Positions 28,363 through 37,579 of a stretch of 64,000 bases of DNA are shown piece after piece. Source of the DNA: an uncultured Nitrososphaerota archaeon (GTDB lineage Archaea; Thermoproteota; Nitrososphaeria; Nitrososphaerales; Gagatemarchaeaceae). The notes beneath the pieces are model-generated. The model saw only the letters and a program-made list of their open reading frames with translations. It made no database searches and had not been told where the DNA came from. The translations under genes were made by a program, and so were the position numbers. Every line of letters starts with the position of its first letter. The stretch's first letter is position 1. The stretch lies in the NCBI GenBank assembly GCA_963838925.1, contig CAWISW010000003.1:576001-640000 (forward strand). Direction: 5' to 3'.

Positions 28363-28788
28363 CTACATCGCGTCGAGGGCCTTCGCGTCTTCGTCGGCGA
28401 CCTTGACGAAGGAGTCCTTGGCCCGCCCCTTGATGAAGAAGCCCATGGCCCCGAACTCCATCTCAGCCCAGTAGTGCATCTCCGTGCCCGTCGGGACCTG
28501 CTTGAGCTCGATGGTTATCTTGCTGCCCTTCCCGTCGCCCTCAAGCGTGTCGACCACGAACTTGTTGTTCGCGCTGTCCCACACCATCGTGTTGACGGCC
28601 TTCAGCTTCCTTCCCATCATCTCCATCTGCTGCTCGAGCTTGACGGTGTTGCCGTCCCTGCTGATTATCTTGACGTCCTTCACAAAGTCGGGGTGAACCT
28701 TAGGCAGGTTCTCCGGATGCGAGTAGTATTCGATCGCCTTGCTGAGGGGAGCCTTCGTCTGCTTGACCACGTCGTACTTGGTGGGCAT
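28363..28788 (-). CDS. SRPBCC/START-fold protein
   Basis: APLSKAIEYYSHPENLPKVHP...beta strands and C-terminal helix. Confidence 0.7.
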   Translation of the reverse strand: MPTKYDVVKQTKAPLSKAIEYYSHPENLPKVHPDFVKDVKIISRDGNTVKLEQQMEMMGRKLKAVNTMVWDSANNKFVVDTLEGDGKGSKITIELKQVPTGTEMHYWAEMEFGAMGFFIKGRAKDSFVKVADEDAKALDAM

Positions 28789-28935
28789 AACGTTTCTCCG
28801 CCTTTCGCATTATATAACGAGTTGGCCGCTGGCGCTCGGGCGACCGCGCTGACGCTGCCGAACCACCAAGAAGGAAGCCCCCCGCGACCTGGACGGAGTC
28901 GGTCGTCGGCCTGCGTAGCCGATTGAGCAGAAGTG

Positions 28936-28969
28936 GTGTATATTACACACCAGCTTTAAATAACGCACT
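28936..28969 (+). promoter_or_regulatory. Operator+TATA module, copy 1 (GTGTA-TAT-TACAC...TTTAAATAA)
   Basis: GTGTATATTACACACCAGCTTTAAATAACGCACT; 31/34 identical to 32828-32861. Confidence 0.75.
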
Positions 28970-28985
28970 GATTCGGTGCAGAACG

Positions 28986-29348
28986 ATGTCCAACAATGTG
29001 GAGTCCGCTCAGCAAGGCTTCGTCGTAGCCGCGAAGACGAGCGATGTCGTTGAGGGTTCAATGGTCGGTTTAACGGTCGCTGGCAATCAGATTCTGCTCT
29101 CACGCATAGGCGGCATGTTCTATGCGACGGATGCGATTTGCTCTCACTTCTACGGCTACCTACCAAAGGGCGCGCTCAAAGAAAACATCGTGATTTGCCC
29201 CGTCCACAAAGCCCAATACAATGTCCACACAGGGAAGGTCGTCAAGAACGTCAACGGGCTGTTGAAGCTCGCCACCGGTCGGCAAGCCACGGACTTGCGC
29301 ATCTATGAAGTCCGCCTTGCAGGCGACAGCATTCTAATCAAGGTCTAG
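28986..29348 (+). CDS. Rieske [2Fe-2S] ferredoxin
   Basis: CSH...CPVHKAQYNVHTG; ATG 28986 about 25 bp after TATA. Confidence 0.9.
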   Translation: MSNNVESAQQGFVVAAKTSDVVEGSMVGLTVAGNQILLSRIGGMFYATDAICSHFYGYLPKGALKENIVICPVHKAQYNVHTGKVVKNVNGLLKLATGRQATDLRIYEVRLAGDSILIKV

Positions 29349-29457
29349 TCAGGATCGACTGATTCACTCGATTTCAAGGCGACACAACTTTGGTGCTTGC
29401 GTATTGGGGTAACCGCTCCCATCGCAAACCGGCGAGAAGGGAAAAGAGGCCAGTGGA

Positions 29458-32028
29458 TTGTCAAAGATGAGCGCCAACCATTCGCGGTTTGACTCCCTGA
29501 ACGGCTTCATCAGGAAGAGGCGTCGGGTGGTTATCATGGTCTGGGTGCTTGCCCTAGTGCTCTCGGCTCCGCTCATCGCGAGTTTCTTCTCGTCAATCTC
29601 ATTTAACGTCGCCAATGGGGGCGCCGCCCTCACCGTCCCGAACTCGGAGTCGGAGAGGGCCCAGACGATAGTCAGCGCCCAGTTCCCCGCGAGCAACGTT
29701 GCCGCTGGTGCAGGTCCGATAATCGTGGTGTTCCAGAACCAGGACGTCTACTCGAGCTCTGTCAAGGCGGACATCCTCTCGCTGAACCGGACGCTCGGCT
29801 CGGACTTCAAATCGGCAGGCTTCACGGGTGTCGTGGGCCTTTACTCTGAGGAGGGAAGCCTGCTAGATTCTACGGTCCCGGTCTACCTGGCCCAGATAGC
29901 GCAGATGCCTGGCTCCGCAAATGGCACGGTGGCGTGGGACGCCGCTGTGCAGGTCTTCGTCAACGAGACCTCAAGCGCGTTCGCATCATCTCCGCTCTTC
30001 ACGGTAAACGCCTCGTCGCTCTACGGCCTTCTCTCCGGACTGAACCCCAGCAGCACCCCCAGCCAGGTCCGGGCATCGGTCGCAAACATCCTCTCGGCAG
30101 GCAGCCTCGCAGACTATCCCTACAGGCTCTCATCTTCCATCACGAAGGACTTCGTGAGTCCCGACAACAGGACGATGATCTTCCAACTGGGCTTCTCGTC
30201 AACGCCCAACGCCAGCGTTATCACCCAGACGCGAGCGGCGGTGCACAGCTCTAGCCTATCTCAACTCGGGACCATCTACGTCACCGGTGCTCCGGTCCTG
30301 ACGGTGGACTTCGCCAACACCGCCCAGCCCGCTCTGGGCGACAGCATCGTGCCCGGCATTGCCATTTCCCTTCTCGTCGCCGGGCTTCTGTTCCTCTCGC
30401 CCGTGGCCGCCTTGCTTCCGCTCCTGATCGGCGGCCTCGCGGTCGGGATATCGCTCGGCGCGGTGTATGGCCTTGTGGTCGTAGTCCAGCAGGGCCAGAT
30501 CAATTTCGCCGTCCCGTTCCTCATGATTCTGACGATGCTGGGCCTTGCGGTGGACTACTCCGTGCTGCAGCTGAGAAGGACGAAGGAAGAGCGGGCCAAG
30601 GGCAAGTCCCTGGAAGAGAGCGTGGCCATTTCCGTGAGGTGGGCGGGGCAGGCCATCCTTACTGCGGGGTCGACCGTGGTCGTGGCCTACGTCGTCCTGT
30701 CGGTGACCAACGTGCCCTTCTTTGGAAGCGTGGGGACGGCGATCGCCATCGGGGTGGTCATCCTGCTGGCGGCGTCGCTCACGCTGATGCCGGCTCTCGA
30801 GCTGATGATGGGCGACAGGCTCTTCTGGCCGAACCGCGGAAGGCTGACACGGCAGAGCCGCATCGGCAAGGGTCGGTTGGAGAAGGTGGCCGAAGCGACC
30901 ATGCACCGAAGGGTCGCGATCGTAGTGGTGTTCACGCTCTTGGCCGTGGGTTCGTTCTACGTGGCCTACGAGACGCCAACCGGGATCGACATTACGAAGC
31001 TGATCCCGAACTTCGAGAGCAACCAGGGACTCACGGCGATTACCAACAACCTCGGAGGGTCGGTCGTCGCGCCGACACAGATCGTCGTGACGTTCCCGTC
31101 CCCAGTCGTCTACGGCCAGGACCAGTTCAACCAAACCCTGCTCAAGCAGCTGGATGCGGTCTCGTCGACCATCTCGAGTTCCGGCGGGGTAGCCAGCGTC
31201 AGCGGCCCGACGCGGCCCTACGGCGCTCCGTTCAACTATACCCACCTGGGGGTCCTCTCGCCTCCGGTCAGGTCGCAATACCTGATCGGCATCCTTTCGC
31301 AGATTGGGAAAGACAACAGGACGGCGCTCATCACGGTCGGGCTCTCCGTGTCGGCGCAGAGCTCGAAGGCGGTCTCCGACCTGACGGGTATCGAGGCGGC
31401 CGTCAGCGGCATCCCGCTCCCCGCGGGCACCACGGTCTACTTCGGCGGGTCCACGCAGTCCACTGTCGACTCACTGAACCTCATAAACGGGGTTCTCCCT
31501 CTGGTAGTGCTGATCCTTGCGCTCGGGGTGTTCTTCATCCTCTTCGCCCAGCTGCGCTCCGTCTTTACGCCCCTGCGCCTGATCTTCACCATCCTCTGCA
31601 GCGTCGCCTTCGCCCTGGCTTTGCTCTCGATCGCGTTCTACTACCTGCTTCAGACGCCGGTCGTGAGCCTCGCCCCGCTGTTCGTCATCGTCACGATGCT
31701 GGGGGTAGGCATAGACTACGACATATTCCTCGTCACCAGGATCAGAGAGGAGGCGGTGGCCGGGATGTCAGACCGCGACGCAATCAAGACGGCGGTGAGC
31801 AAGATATGGGTCACGCTCGTCGGCCTGGGCCTGATACTGTCGAGCGTCTTCGCGTCTCTGGCAGCGAGCGGGATAGGCCTGCTCGAGGAGATAGGGGTCA
31901 GCGTCGCCTCTGCCATCATGGTCGATGTCGGGCTGGTCATCCTGTTCTTTGTGCCCGCTCTGATGGCGATTGCGCAGAAGTACAACTGGTGGCCGACAAA
32001 GATTGAGCGGGCCGAATCCTCCACCTGA
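29458..32028 (+). CDS. MMPL family (RND) transporter
   Basis: Duplicated membrane domains with GLAVDY and GVGIDYDIFL..RIREE, NWWP terminus. Confidence 0.9.
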   Translation: MSKMSANHSRFDSLNGFIRKRRRVVIMVWVLALVLSAPLIASFFSSISFNVANGGAALTVPNSESERAQTIVSAQFPASNVAAGAGPIIVVFQNQDVYSSSVKADILSLNRTLGSDFKSAGFTGVVGLYSEEGSLLDSTVPVYLAQIAQMPGSANGTVAWDAAVQVFVNETSSAFASSPLFTVNASSLYGLLSGLNPSSTPSQVRASVANILSAGSLADYPYRLSSSITKDFVSPDNRTMIFQLGFSSTPNASVITQTRAAVHSSSLSQLGTIYVTGAPVLTVDFANTAQPALGDSIVPGIAISLLVAGLLFLSPVAALLPLLIGGLAVGISLGAVYGLVVVVQQGQINFAVPFLMILTMLGLAVDYSVLQLRRTKEERAKGKSLEESVAISVRWAGQAILTAGSTVVVAYVVLSVTNVPFFGSVGTAIAIGVVILLAASLTLMPALELMMGDRLFWPNRGRLTRQSRIGKGRLEKVAEATMHRRVAIVVVFTLLAVGSFYVAYETPTGIDITKLIPNFESNQGLTAITNNLGGSVVAPTQIVVTFPSPVVYGQDQFNQTLLKQLDAVSSTISSSGGVASVSGPTRPYGAPFNYTHLGVLSPPVRSQYLIGILSQIGKDNRTALITVGLSVSAQSSKAVSDLTGIEAAVSGIPLPAGTTVYFGGSTQSTVDSLNLINGVLPLVVLILALGVFFILFAQLRSVFTPLRLIFTILCSVAFALALLSIAFYYLLQTPVVSLAPLFVIVTMLGVGIDYDIFLVTRIREEAVAGMSDRDAIKTAVSKIWVTLVGLGLILSSVFASLAASGIGLLEEIGVSVASAIMVDVGLVILFFVPALMAIAQKYNWWPTKIERAESST

Positions 32029-32076
32029 GAGAATCTCCGACTTGGAATCAGAGACGCTCCCATATCGTGACACAAG

Positions 32077-32301
32077 ATGAGTTCCGTCAATCAAGAGTGG
32101 GTACTCGAACACGTGAGCAAGCTGGGTGGGCAGGCGCAGGTCAGAGAATTATACTCGGCCGCACAGTCGGAGGGTCTCCAGGAAGAAGAGTCGAGAGCAG
32201 GCGGCAACATCTCGAAGAGGCTAAGCCAGCTGGCAAAATGGGGGCTAGTGATTAAGGTCAAGCGCGGGCTCTACCGTCTGCCGAGCTATCGAGGTGTGTG
32301 A
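32077..32301 (+). CDS. Small winged-helix protein
   Basis: 74 aa; NISKRLSQLAKWGLVIKVKRGLYRL wHTH pattern. Confidence 0.6.
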   Translation: MSSVNQEWVLEHVSKLGGQAQVRELYSAAQSEGLQEEESRAGGNISKRLSQLAKWGLVIKVKRGLYRLPSYRGV

Positions 32302-32340
32302 GTGCGGCCAGCGACAGAAAACGGAACATCAAATGAATGC

Positions 32341-32772
32341 TCATTCGTGCTTGTGCACATGGTAAAGGAGGGGGAGGCTAGAAAGCGCTATTGCCCTGCC
32401 TCTTGTCGTTAGCGAGTACGTGACTCTCACGGGGCCCCTACTCATGACGCTCCTTGTCAGGACTCCGTGCCTCTGAAGCATCCTGAGTTTGTCCGTCAGC
32501 GTCCTGGAGCTTATCCCTTGCAGCAGATCCCTCAACTCATTGAACTTGAGGTCCCGCATATAGAGAAGAAATATTATTCCTAGCGACCACCGCTGAGACA
32601 GCACATTCAGGATAGCCGACACGCGCCTCATTTCCCCCTCTATCTCCTCGAGGCTCCACTCATTTTTCTCTGTTGTCTGGTGTTTCGAGATTGTGCGAGT
32701 GAGGTTTGCGAGGAAATCTTCCGTCAGCCGTGCCACTTCCTTCTCGAATGCTTTATGCGACGTAGACATCAC
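32341..32772 (-). CDS. HxlR family transcriptional regulator
   Basis: RWSLGII..L...KFNELR..L.GISSRTLTDKLR.L...G...R......PVRVTYSLT.RG. Confidence 0.9.
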   Translation of the reverse strand: MMSTSHKAFEKEVARLTEDFLANLTRTISKHQTTEKNEWSLEEIEGEMRRVSAILNVLSQRWSLGIIFLLYMRDLKFNELRDLLQGISSRTLTDKLRMLQRHGVLTRSVMSRGPVRVTYSLTTRGRAIALSSLPLLYHVHKHE

Positions 32773-32827
32773 GCACGTGCGGAATGCGCTCTTACTTGCT
32801 TAAAAGATTACGACGGCCTGCTATCAA

Positions 32828-32861
32828 GTGTATATTGCACACCACCTTTAAATAAAGCACT
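32828..32861 (+). promoter_or_regulatory. Operator+TATA module, copy 2
   Basis: GTGTATATTGCACACCACCTTTAAATAAAGCACT, between the divergent HxlR gene and a small membrane protein gene. Confidence 0.75.
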
Positions 32862-32894
32862 AAGGGAAACCGCCCTAAGCGAGGGAGAGTCGGA

Positions 32895-33155
32895 TTGCCG
32901 GAGCGCAGATTTGCTTTGATTATTGCCGGGTTCTTATTCCTGATTATTGGAACCGTTTTCGCGTTGCAGGGCGCCGACGTCTTGAAGGGGAGCGCGGTCA
33001 TGAGCGGAAATTCTGCGTACATCTATGTCGGAGGCGTGCTTGACGTCGTTGGACTCGTCCTGATAATCGCGGGCGCAACGCGAGGATACAGGCCGGCCTC
33101 TGCCCGGGCTGGTTTAGACCCCACCCAATCCAAGACTTTGAGCTCATCAACCTAG
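32895..33155 (+). CDS. Small two-TM membrane protein
   Basis: Two hydrophobic helices with G.VFALQG....GS.MSG loop. Confidence 0.7.
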   Translation: MPERRFALIIAGFLFLIIGTVFALQGADVLKGSAVMSGNSAYIYVGGVLDVVGLVLIIAGATRGYRPASARAGLDPTQSKTLSSST

Positions 33156-33165
33156 GCGTAGGTCA

Positions 33166-34623
33166 TTGGCCGCGGAAAAGCCGGTTTTCAATCAGTCTTA
33201 CGCGAACAGGGTGCTCGTACTCTTCTCGCTGCTCGCGGCGTTCGTCCTCTACGTCGACATAATGCTCACGCCGTCGCTTCCCAGGATCGCCTCCGACTAC
33301 AACGTGACCATCGCGGAGGTGAGCCTTGTTATCTCGCTCTACACCGTCTTCGGGACTGCCGTTAACCCCGTGATAGGGAAGCTCGGCGACATCATGGGGA
33401 AGAAGCGGGTCCTGATCTACGTCCTGGTGATCTACTGCGCCATGGTCGCGGTGACATCCTTCGCCTCGAGCTTCACGGTCCTCCTGGTCTCGAGGACCGT
33501 TCAGGGAATCGGGCTCGGGATATTCCCGCTCGCATTCAGCTTGGTCAGGGAGGAGTTCCCGCGCGAGCTGGTCCCTCGTGCCCAGGGGATACTCAGCGCG
33601 ATGTTCGGCGCCGGGGCCGCCTTCGGCCTCCCCATCGGCGCCCTGATCGCGAACTCGTACGGGTGGCAGGCGAACTACCACATCGCCCTCCCATTCATCG
33701 TGGTCCTCACGGTCCTCATCTTCTACACCGTGAAGGAGTCCTCGGTCACGGACCCCAACGCGAAGCTGGACTATGTCGGGGCGACCTGGCTGGGCGCAGC
33801 CCTCGGCGCGATAGTCCTGGGCCTCTCCGAGGGATCGACCTGGGGGTGGACCTCCCTGCCGGTTCTTGGCATGGTCTTCGGCGGCTTCTTCTTCCTGATA
33901 CCGCTCGTCGTCTACGAGAGGAGGGTCGCCGAGCCCATCCTCAACCTCAAACTGCTCGCGATCAGGAACGTCATCGTCGCCAACGTGGTCGGAATCACTT
34001 CCGGAGCAGCGCTCTTCATCGCCTTCCAAGCGATAAGCTTCCAGCTCGAGCTGGCGCCGCCCAGCGGATACGGCTTTGACATCCTGACCACCGGGCTCTA
34101 CCTTCTTCCGCTAGCCGTCGCGATACTGATCGTCGCAATACCTGTGGGCCGCCTGACCCCCAAGTACGGGGTCAAGCCCTTCCTGTACCTCGGCAGCGTC
34201 CTGGGTGCGTTCGGGTTCCTCTTGATCTCCACCGCGACGACCGCAGCCCAGATAGCGGAGTACCTGATCGTCGCGTCTGCAGGCTTGGGGATGCTGCTGG
34301 TCGCGACCCAGAACCTCCTCGTCCTGTCGGTCAAGAAGAGGGAGATGGGGCTCGCCACCTCCCTGAACACGGTCTTCAGGAACATCGGGTCGAGCCTCGG
34401 AGCGCCTATAGCAGGTTCGCTTATGACCACGTTCGTCGTTGCTTACGTCATCGGCGGCCAGACCATCTCCCTCCCGACCCACACCGCCTTTCACTACGCC
34501 TACTACATCGCCGTCGTGGGATTCATGGTATCCCTTGTGATCGCCATCTTCGCCCAAGAGGTTATGGGGAAGAGGGCCGTAGCGCCGGTCGTGGACAAGT
34601 CCGCGGAGGCCCCAGCCGTTTGA
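33166..34623 (+). CDS. MFS transporter (14-TM drug:H+ antiporter-like)
   Basis: GKLGDIMGKKR motif A, LDYVGA, RNIGSSLG. Confidence 0.92.
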   Translation: MAAEKPVFNQSYANRVLVLFSLLAAFVLYVDIMLTPSLPRIASDYNVTIAEVSLVISLYTVFGTAVNPVIGKLGDIMGKKRVLIYVLVIYCAMVAVTSFASSFTVLLVSRTVQGIGLGIFPLAFSLVREEFPRELVPRAQGILSAMFGAGAAFGLPIGALIANSYGWQANYHIALPFIVVLTVLIFYTVKESSVTDPNAKLDYVGATWLGAALGAIVLGLSEGSTWGWTSLPVLGMVFGGFFFLIPLVVYERRVAEPILNLKLLAIRNVIVANVVGITSGAALFIAFQAISFQLELAPPSGYGFDILTTGLYLLPLAVAILIVAIPVGRLTPKYGVKPFLYLGSVLGAFGFLLISTATTAAQIAEYLIVASAGLGMLLVATQNLLVLSVKKREMGLATSLNTVFRNIGSSLGAPIAGSLMTTFVVAYVIGGQTISLPTHTAFHYAYYIAVVGFMVSLVIAIFAQEVMGKRAVAPVVDKSAEAPAV

Positions 34624-35015
34624 CCCGGAGCTACGAACGGATCCTCCTGGCCTACGACGGTTCCAAGAACGCGGAGAGCGCGCTTGCGAGGGCGGCTTCC
34701 TTGGCGGAGGCCTGCGGCGCGCGGCTCGCCATAGTCGTGGTGGTCCCTCCTTCAGCCTACGAGGAGACCGTGCAGAGCGGCAGGGAAGTCCTCGGAAAGG
34801 CGGTCGCGAAGGCCAAGCGGACGGTCGGCGACGTCACAGGGGTTCTGAGGGATGGACAGGCCGCGGACGAGATACTCACTGCCTCAGAGGAGCAGGGGGC
34901 CGACCTGGTGGTGATAGGCAGGAGGGGCCTGTCGGCCGCCCAGCGCCTTCTCATGGGAGGCACCTCGTCCGCGGTCGTCGCACACTCGAAGTGCGACGTC
35001 CTCGTCGTGAAGTGA
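34620..35015 (+). CDS. Universal stress protein
   Basis: ILLAYDGSKNA...DLVVIGRRG...LMGGTSSAVVAHSKCDVLVVK. Confidence 0.93.
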   Translation: MTRSYERILLAYDGSKNAESALARAASLAEACGARLAIVVVVPPSAYEETVQSGREVLGKAVAKAKRTVGDVTGVLRDGQAADEILTASEEQGADLVVIGRRGLSAAQRLLMGGTSSAVVAHSKCDVLVVK

Positions 35016-35082
35016 GCAGAAGGCCGTCATCTCCAATCAACATAATAATCTCTCCCGGAGACGCTCGCCCGCTTAGCAAAAC

Positions 35083-36669
35083 TTGGTCGACGAGACAAGA
35101 TTCATCCCGAAGACGATGACGACGCAGCATCCCGACAACGCGAACACGCCCCCGTGGACGTCTTCGACAAACGGGGTCATCGAGGGAGAGACGGAGCTGG
35201 ACGAGGCCTTCATCGCGTACAGCAAGCTGGCCTGCAGCGAGGTCATGTGGGACTCGGAGGGGAAGGACGTCGACACCAACGTCGTCAGGAAGCTTCTCAG
35301 CAAGTACCCCGACTATTTCATGGACAACGTCTTCGGCCGAGACATCTTCCTCACCTACCGCATCCCGAACCCGCTGGTGGAGAAGGCCGAGAGGAAGATA
35401 GTCACCCAGACGCTCCAGTCCATCCCGCTCCAATCAGACGTCGCGAGCGCGTTCTACGAGAAGGAGACGGTTCCGGTCTCGTCCGTGATACTCCCATTCA
35501 CCACGAAGGGGGCGGAGCTCCTGTGGCTCGACAGGTGCTACGGCAGGGCGATAGCGGGCATCGAGGACGTCAGCCTGGGCGGCACCATGAAGGTCAAGGA
35601 CTGGGTGGGTCACTTCCTCCCCAAGAAGATCGACGCAATCCCCCTCGTCGAGGACGCCCCGAGCCTGATGACCATGGACAAGATCGTGGGCGAGTACATC
35701 ACGACGGTCAAGCCGAAGATGATGCGCGTCTTCATCGCAAGGTCCGACCCCGCGCTCAACTACGGCCTGATCACGGCGGTCCTCCTCTCGAAGGTGGCCC
35801 TCGGCAAGCTCTCGCAGGTCCAGAAGAAGACCGGAGTGAAGATCAACCCGATACTGGGCGTCGGGACGATGCCCTTCAGGGGGCACCTGAACCCTGACAA
35901 CATCGACAACTTCCTCCTCGAGTACAGGGGGCTCTCGACGGTCACCATCCAGTCGGCCTTCCGCTACGACTATCCCAGCGACGTGGTCGAGAGGGGCATC
36001 GCCTCCCTCAACCAGCAGCTCCCGAACGGGGAGCTCGCCCAGATCGACGAGGACCAGGTGACGCAGGTCGAGAGCGCCATGAAGAAGCTGATACCCGTCT
36101 TCCAGGCACGGGTCGAGATTCTCGCGCCTCTGATCAACTACGTCGCCTCGTTCATCCCCACGAGGAGGGCGCGCAAGCTCCACATCGGGCTCTTCGGCTA
36201 CAGCAGGAGGGTCAAGGGCGTGACCATGCCGAGGGCGATACCCTTCGCGGCCGCGTTCTACTCGCTGGGCATCCCGCCCGAGTTCATCGGAGCGCAGGCC
36301 CTTCGCTCGCTCACCGACAAGGAGCTCGACACCGTGAGGGAGTGCTACAGGGGAATCCAGTTCGACTACCGCTTCGCTGGGGCGCTCGTCTCCTGGGAGA
36401 CAGTCCACCTCCTAGTCGACAAGTACGACGTGATGGCGAAGATCACCCAGATGAACAAGGAGAAGCTGAAGACCGCCCTGAGGTACGTGATGGCGGACCT
36501 CTCCACCATCGAGGAGACCCTCTCGCTTCCTCTCGGCCCGTCCGACAACAGGTCGAAGAAGCACGAGAACTTCGTCAACACGTTCATGATGTCCGCGATG
36601 GACGGCGAAAGGTCCAGCGCCTCAAACGCTTTCATAGAGGCGGCCAAGCTCAGACGATGCCTGGGCTAG
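35083..36669 (+). CDS. ppcA: Archaeal-type phosphoenolpyruvate carboxylase
   Basis: IPKTMTTQHPDN, MWDSEGK, RIPNP, RVFIARSDPALNYG, PFRGHL, QSAFRYD, RARKLHIGLFGYSR, PRAI.F. Confidence 0.95.
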   Translation: MVDETRFIPKTMTTQHPDNANTPPWTSSTNGVIEGETELDEAFIAYSKLACSEVMWDSEGKDVDTNVVRKLLSKYPDYFMDNVFGRDIFLTYRIPNPLVEKAERKIVTQTLQSIPLQSDVASAFYEKETVPVSSVILPFTTKGAELLWLDRCYGRAIAGIEDVSLGGTMKVKDWVGHFLPKKIDAIPLVEDAPSLMTMDKIVGEYITTVKPKMMRVFIARSDPALNYGLITAVLLSKVALGKLSQVQKKTGVKINPILGVGTMPFRGHLNPDNIDNFLLEYRGLSTVTIQSAFRYDYPSDVVERGIASLNQQLPNGELAQIDEDQVTQVESAMKKLIPVFQARVEILAPLINYVASFIPTRRARKLHIGLFGYSRRVKGVTMPRAIPFAAAFYSLGIPPEFIGAQALRSLTDKELDTVRECYRGIQFDYRFAGALVSWETVHLLVDKYDVMAKITQMNKEKLKTALRYVMADLSTIEETLSLPLGPSDNRSKKHENFVNTFMMSAMDGERSSASNAFIEAAKLRRCLG

Positions 36670-36684
36670 GTCAGTGTTGACGGG

Positions 36685-37569
36685 ATGACAAAGGAGAACA
36701 AACGAGCGCGCAGCGGCGGCGACGCCCCGCCCCGGAGGGTGACCCTGGGGCTCGTCCAGATGTCGATGGACGACGACCAGGACGCGAACATCTCCAAGGC
36801 CGTCGCGATGGTAGGGGAGGCCTCGCGCAAGGGCGCCTCGATCGTCTGCCTCCCAGAGCTCTTCGCCTCGCGCTACTTCCCACAGGAGAAGGGGGCCAAG
36901 CCGCGAGCCGAGCCCATCCCGGGCCAGACGACCAAGCGCCTATCCGAGGCCGCCCGCGACTCCAAGGTCGCGCTCGTGGGAGGCTCGCTCTACGAGAAGG
37001 CCACGAAAGGCCGGTACTACAACACCTCCGTGGTCTTCAACGAGAGCGGCAGGCTGCTCGGGAAGTACAGGAAGGTCCAGGTCCCGCAGGACGAGTCCTT
37101 CTACGAGAAGGACTACTTCTCCAGCGGGGACTCGTACAGCGTCTTCAAGACCGCCGCCGCGAGGGTGGGCGTCCTGATCTGCTTCGACCAGTGGTACCCC
37201 GAGCCTGCGAGGGTGAACAAGCTCATGGGCGCCGAGGTGTTGTTCTATCCGACCGCGATCGGCAGGGTCGACGGCATCGACGAGACCGAGGGCGACTGGA
37301 AGGGCGCCTGGGAGGCAGTCCAGCGCGGGCACGCGATATCCAACAGCATCGTGGTGGCCGCCGCCAACCGCGTCGGGAGGGAGGACCGGATGAGCTTCTG
37401 GGGAGGCTCGTTCGTCTGCGACCAGTTCGGGACCGTTCTCGCCCGGGCCGGTGACAAGGAGGAGGTGCTCCTCGCCACCTGCGACCTCGACCTGGGCAGG
37501 CAGGTCGAGGAGGGCTGGGGGTTCTTGAGGAACAGGAAGCCCTCTACCTACCGCAAGATCACGGGCTAG
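36685..37569 (+). CDS. aguB: N-carbamoylputrescine amidase (carbon-nitrogen hydrolase)
   Basis: CLPELF, YRK, FYEKDYF, ICFDQWYPE, YPTAIG, QRGHAI.N, NRVG, FWGGSF; adjacent to aguA. Confidence 0.88.
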   Translation: MTKENKRARSGGDAPPRRVTLGLVQMSMDDDQDANISKAVAMVGEASRKGASIVCLPELFASRYFPQEKGAKPRAEPIPGQTTKRLSEAARDSKVALVGGSLYEKATKGRYYNTSVVFNESGRLLGKYRKVQVPQDESFYEKDYFSSGDSYSVFKTAAARVGVLICFDQWYPEPARVNKLMGAEVLFYPTAIGRVDGIDETEGDWKGAWEAVQRGHAISNSIVVAAANRVGREDRMSFWGGSFVCDQFGTVLARAGDKEEVLLATCDLDLGRQVEEGWGFLRNRKPSTYRKITG

Positions 37570-37579
37570 GGAGACCAGC

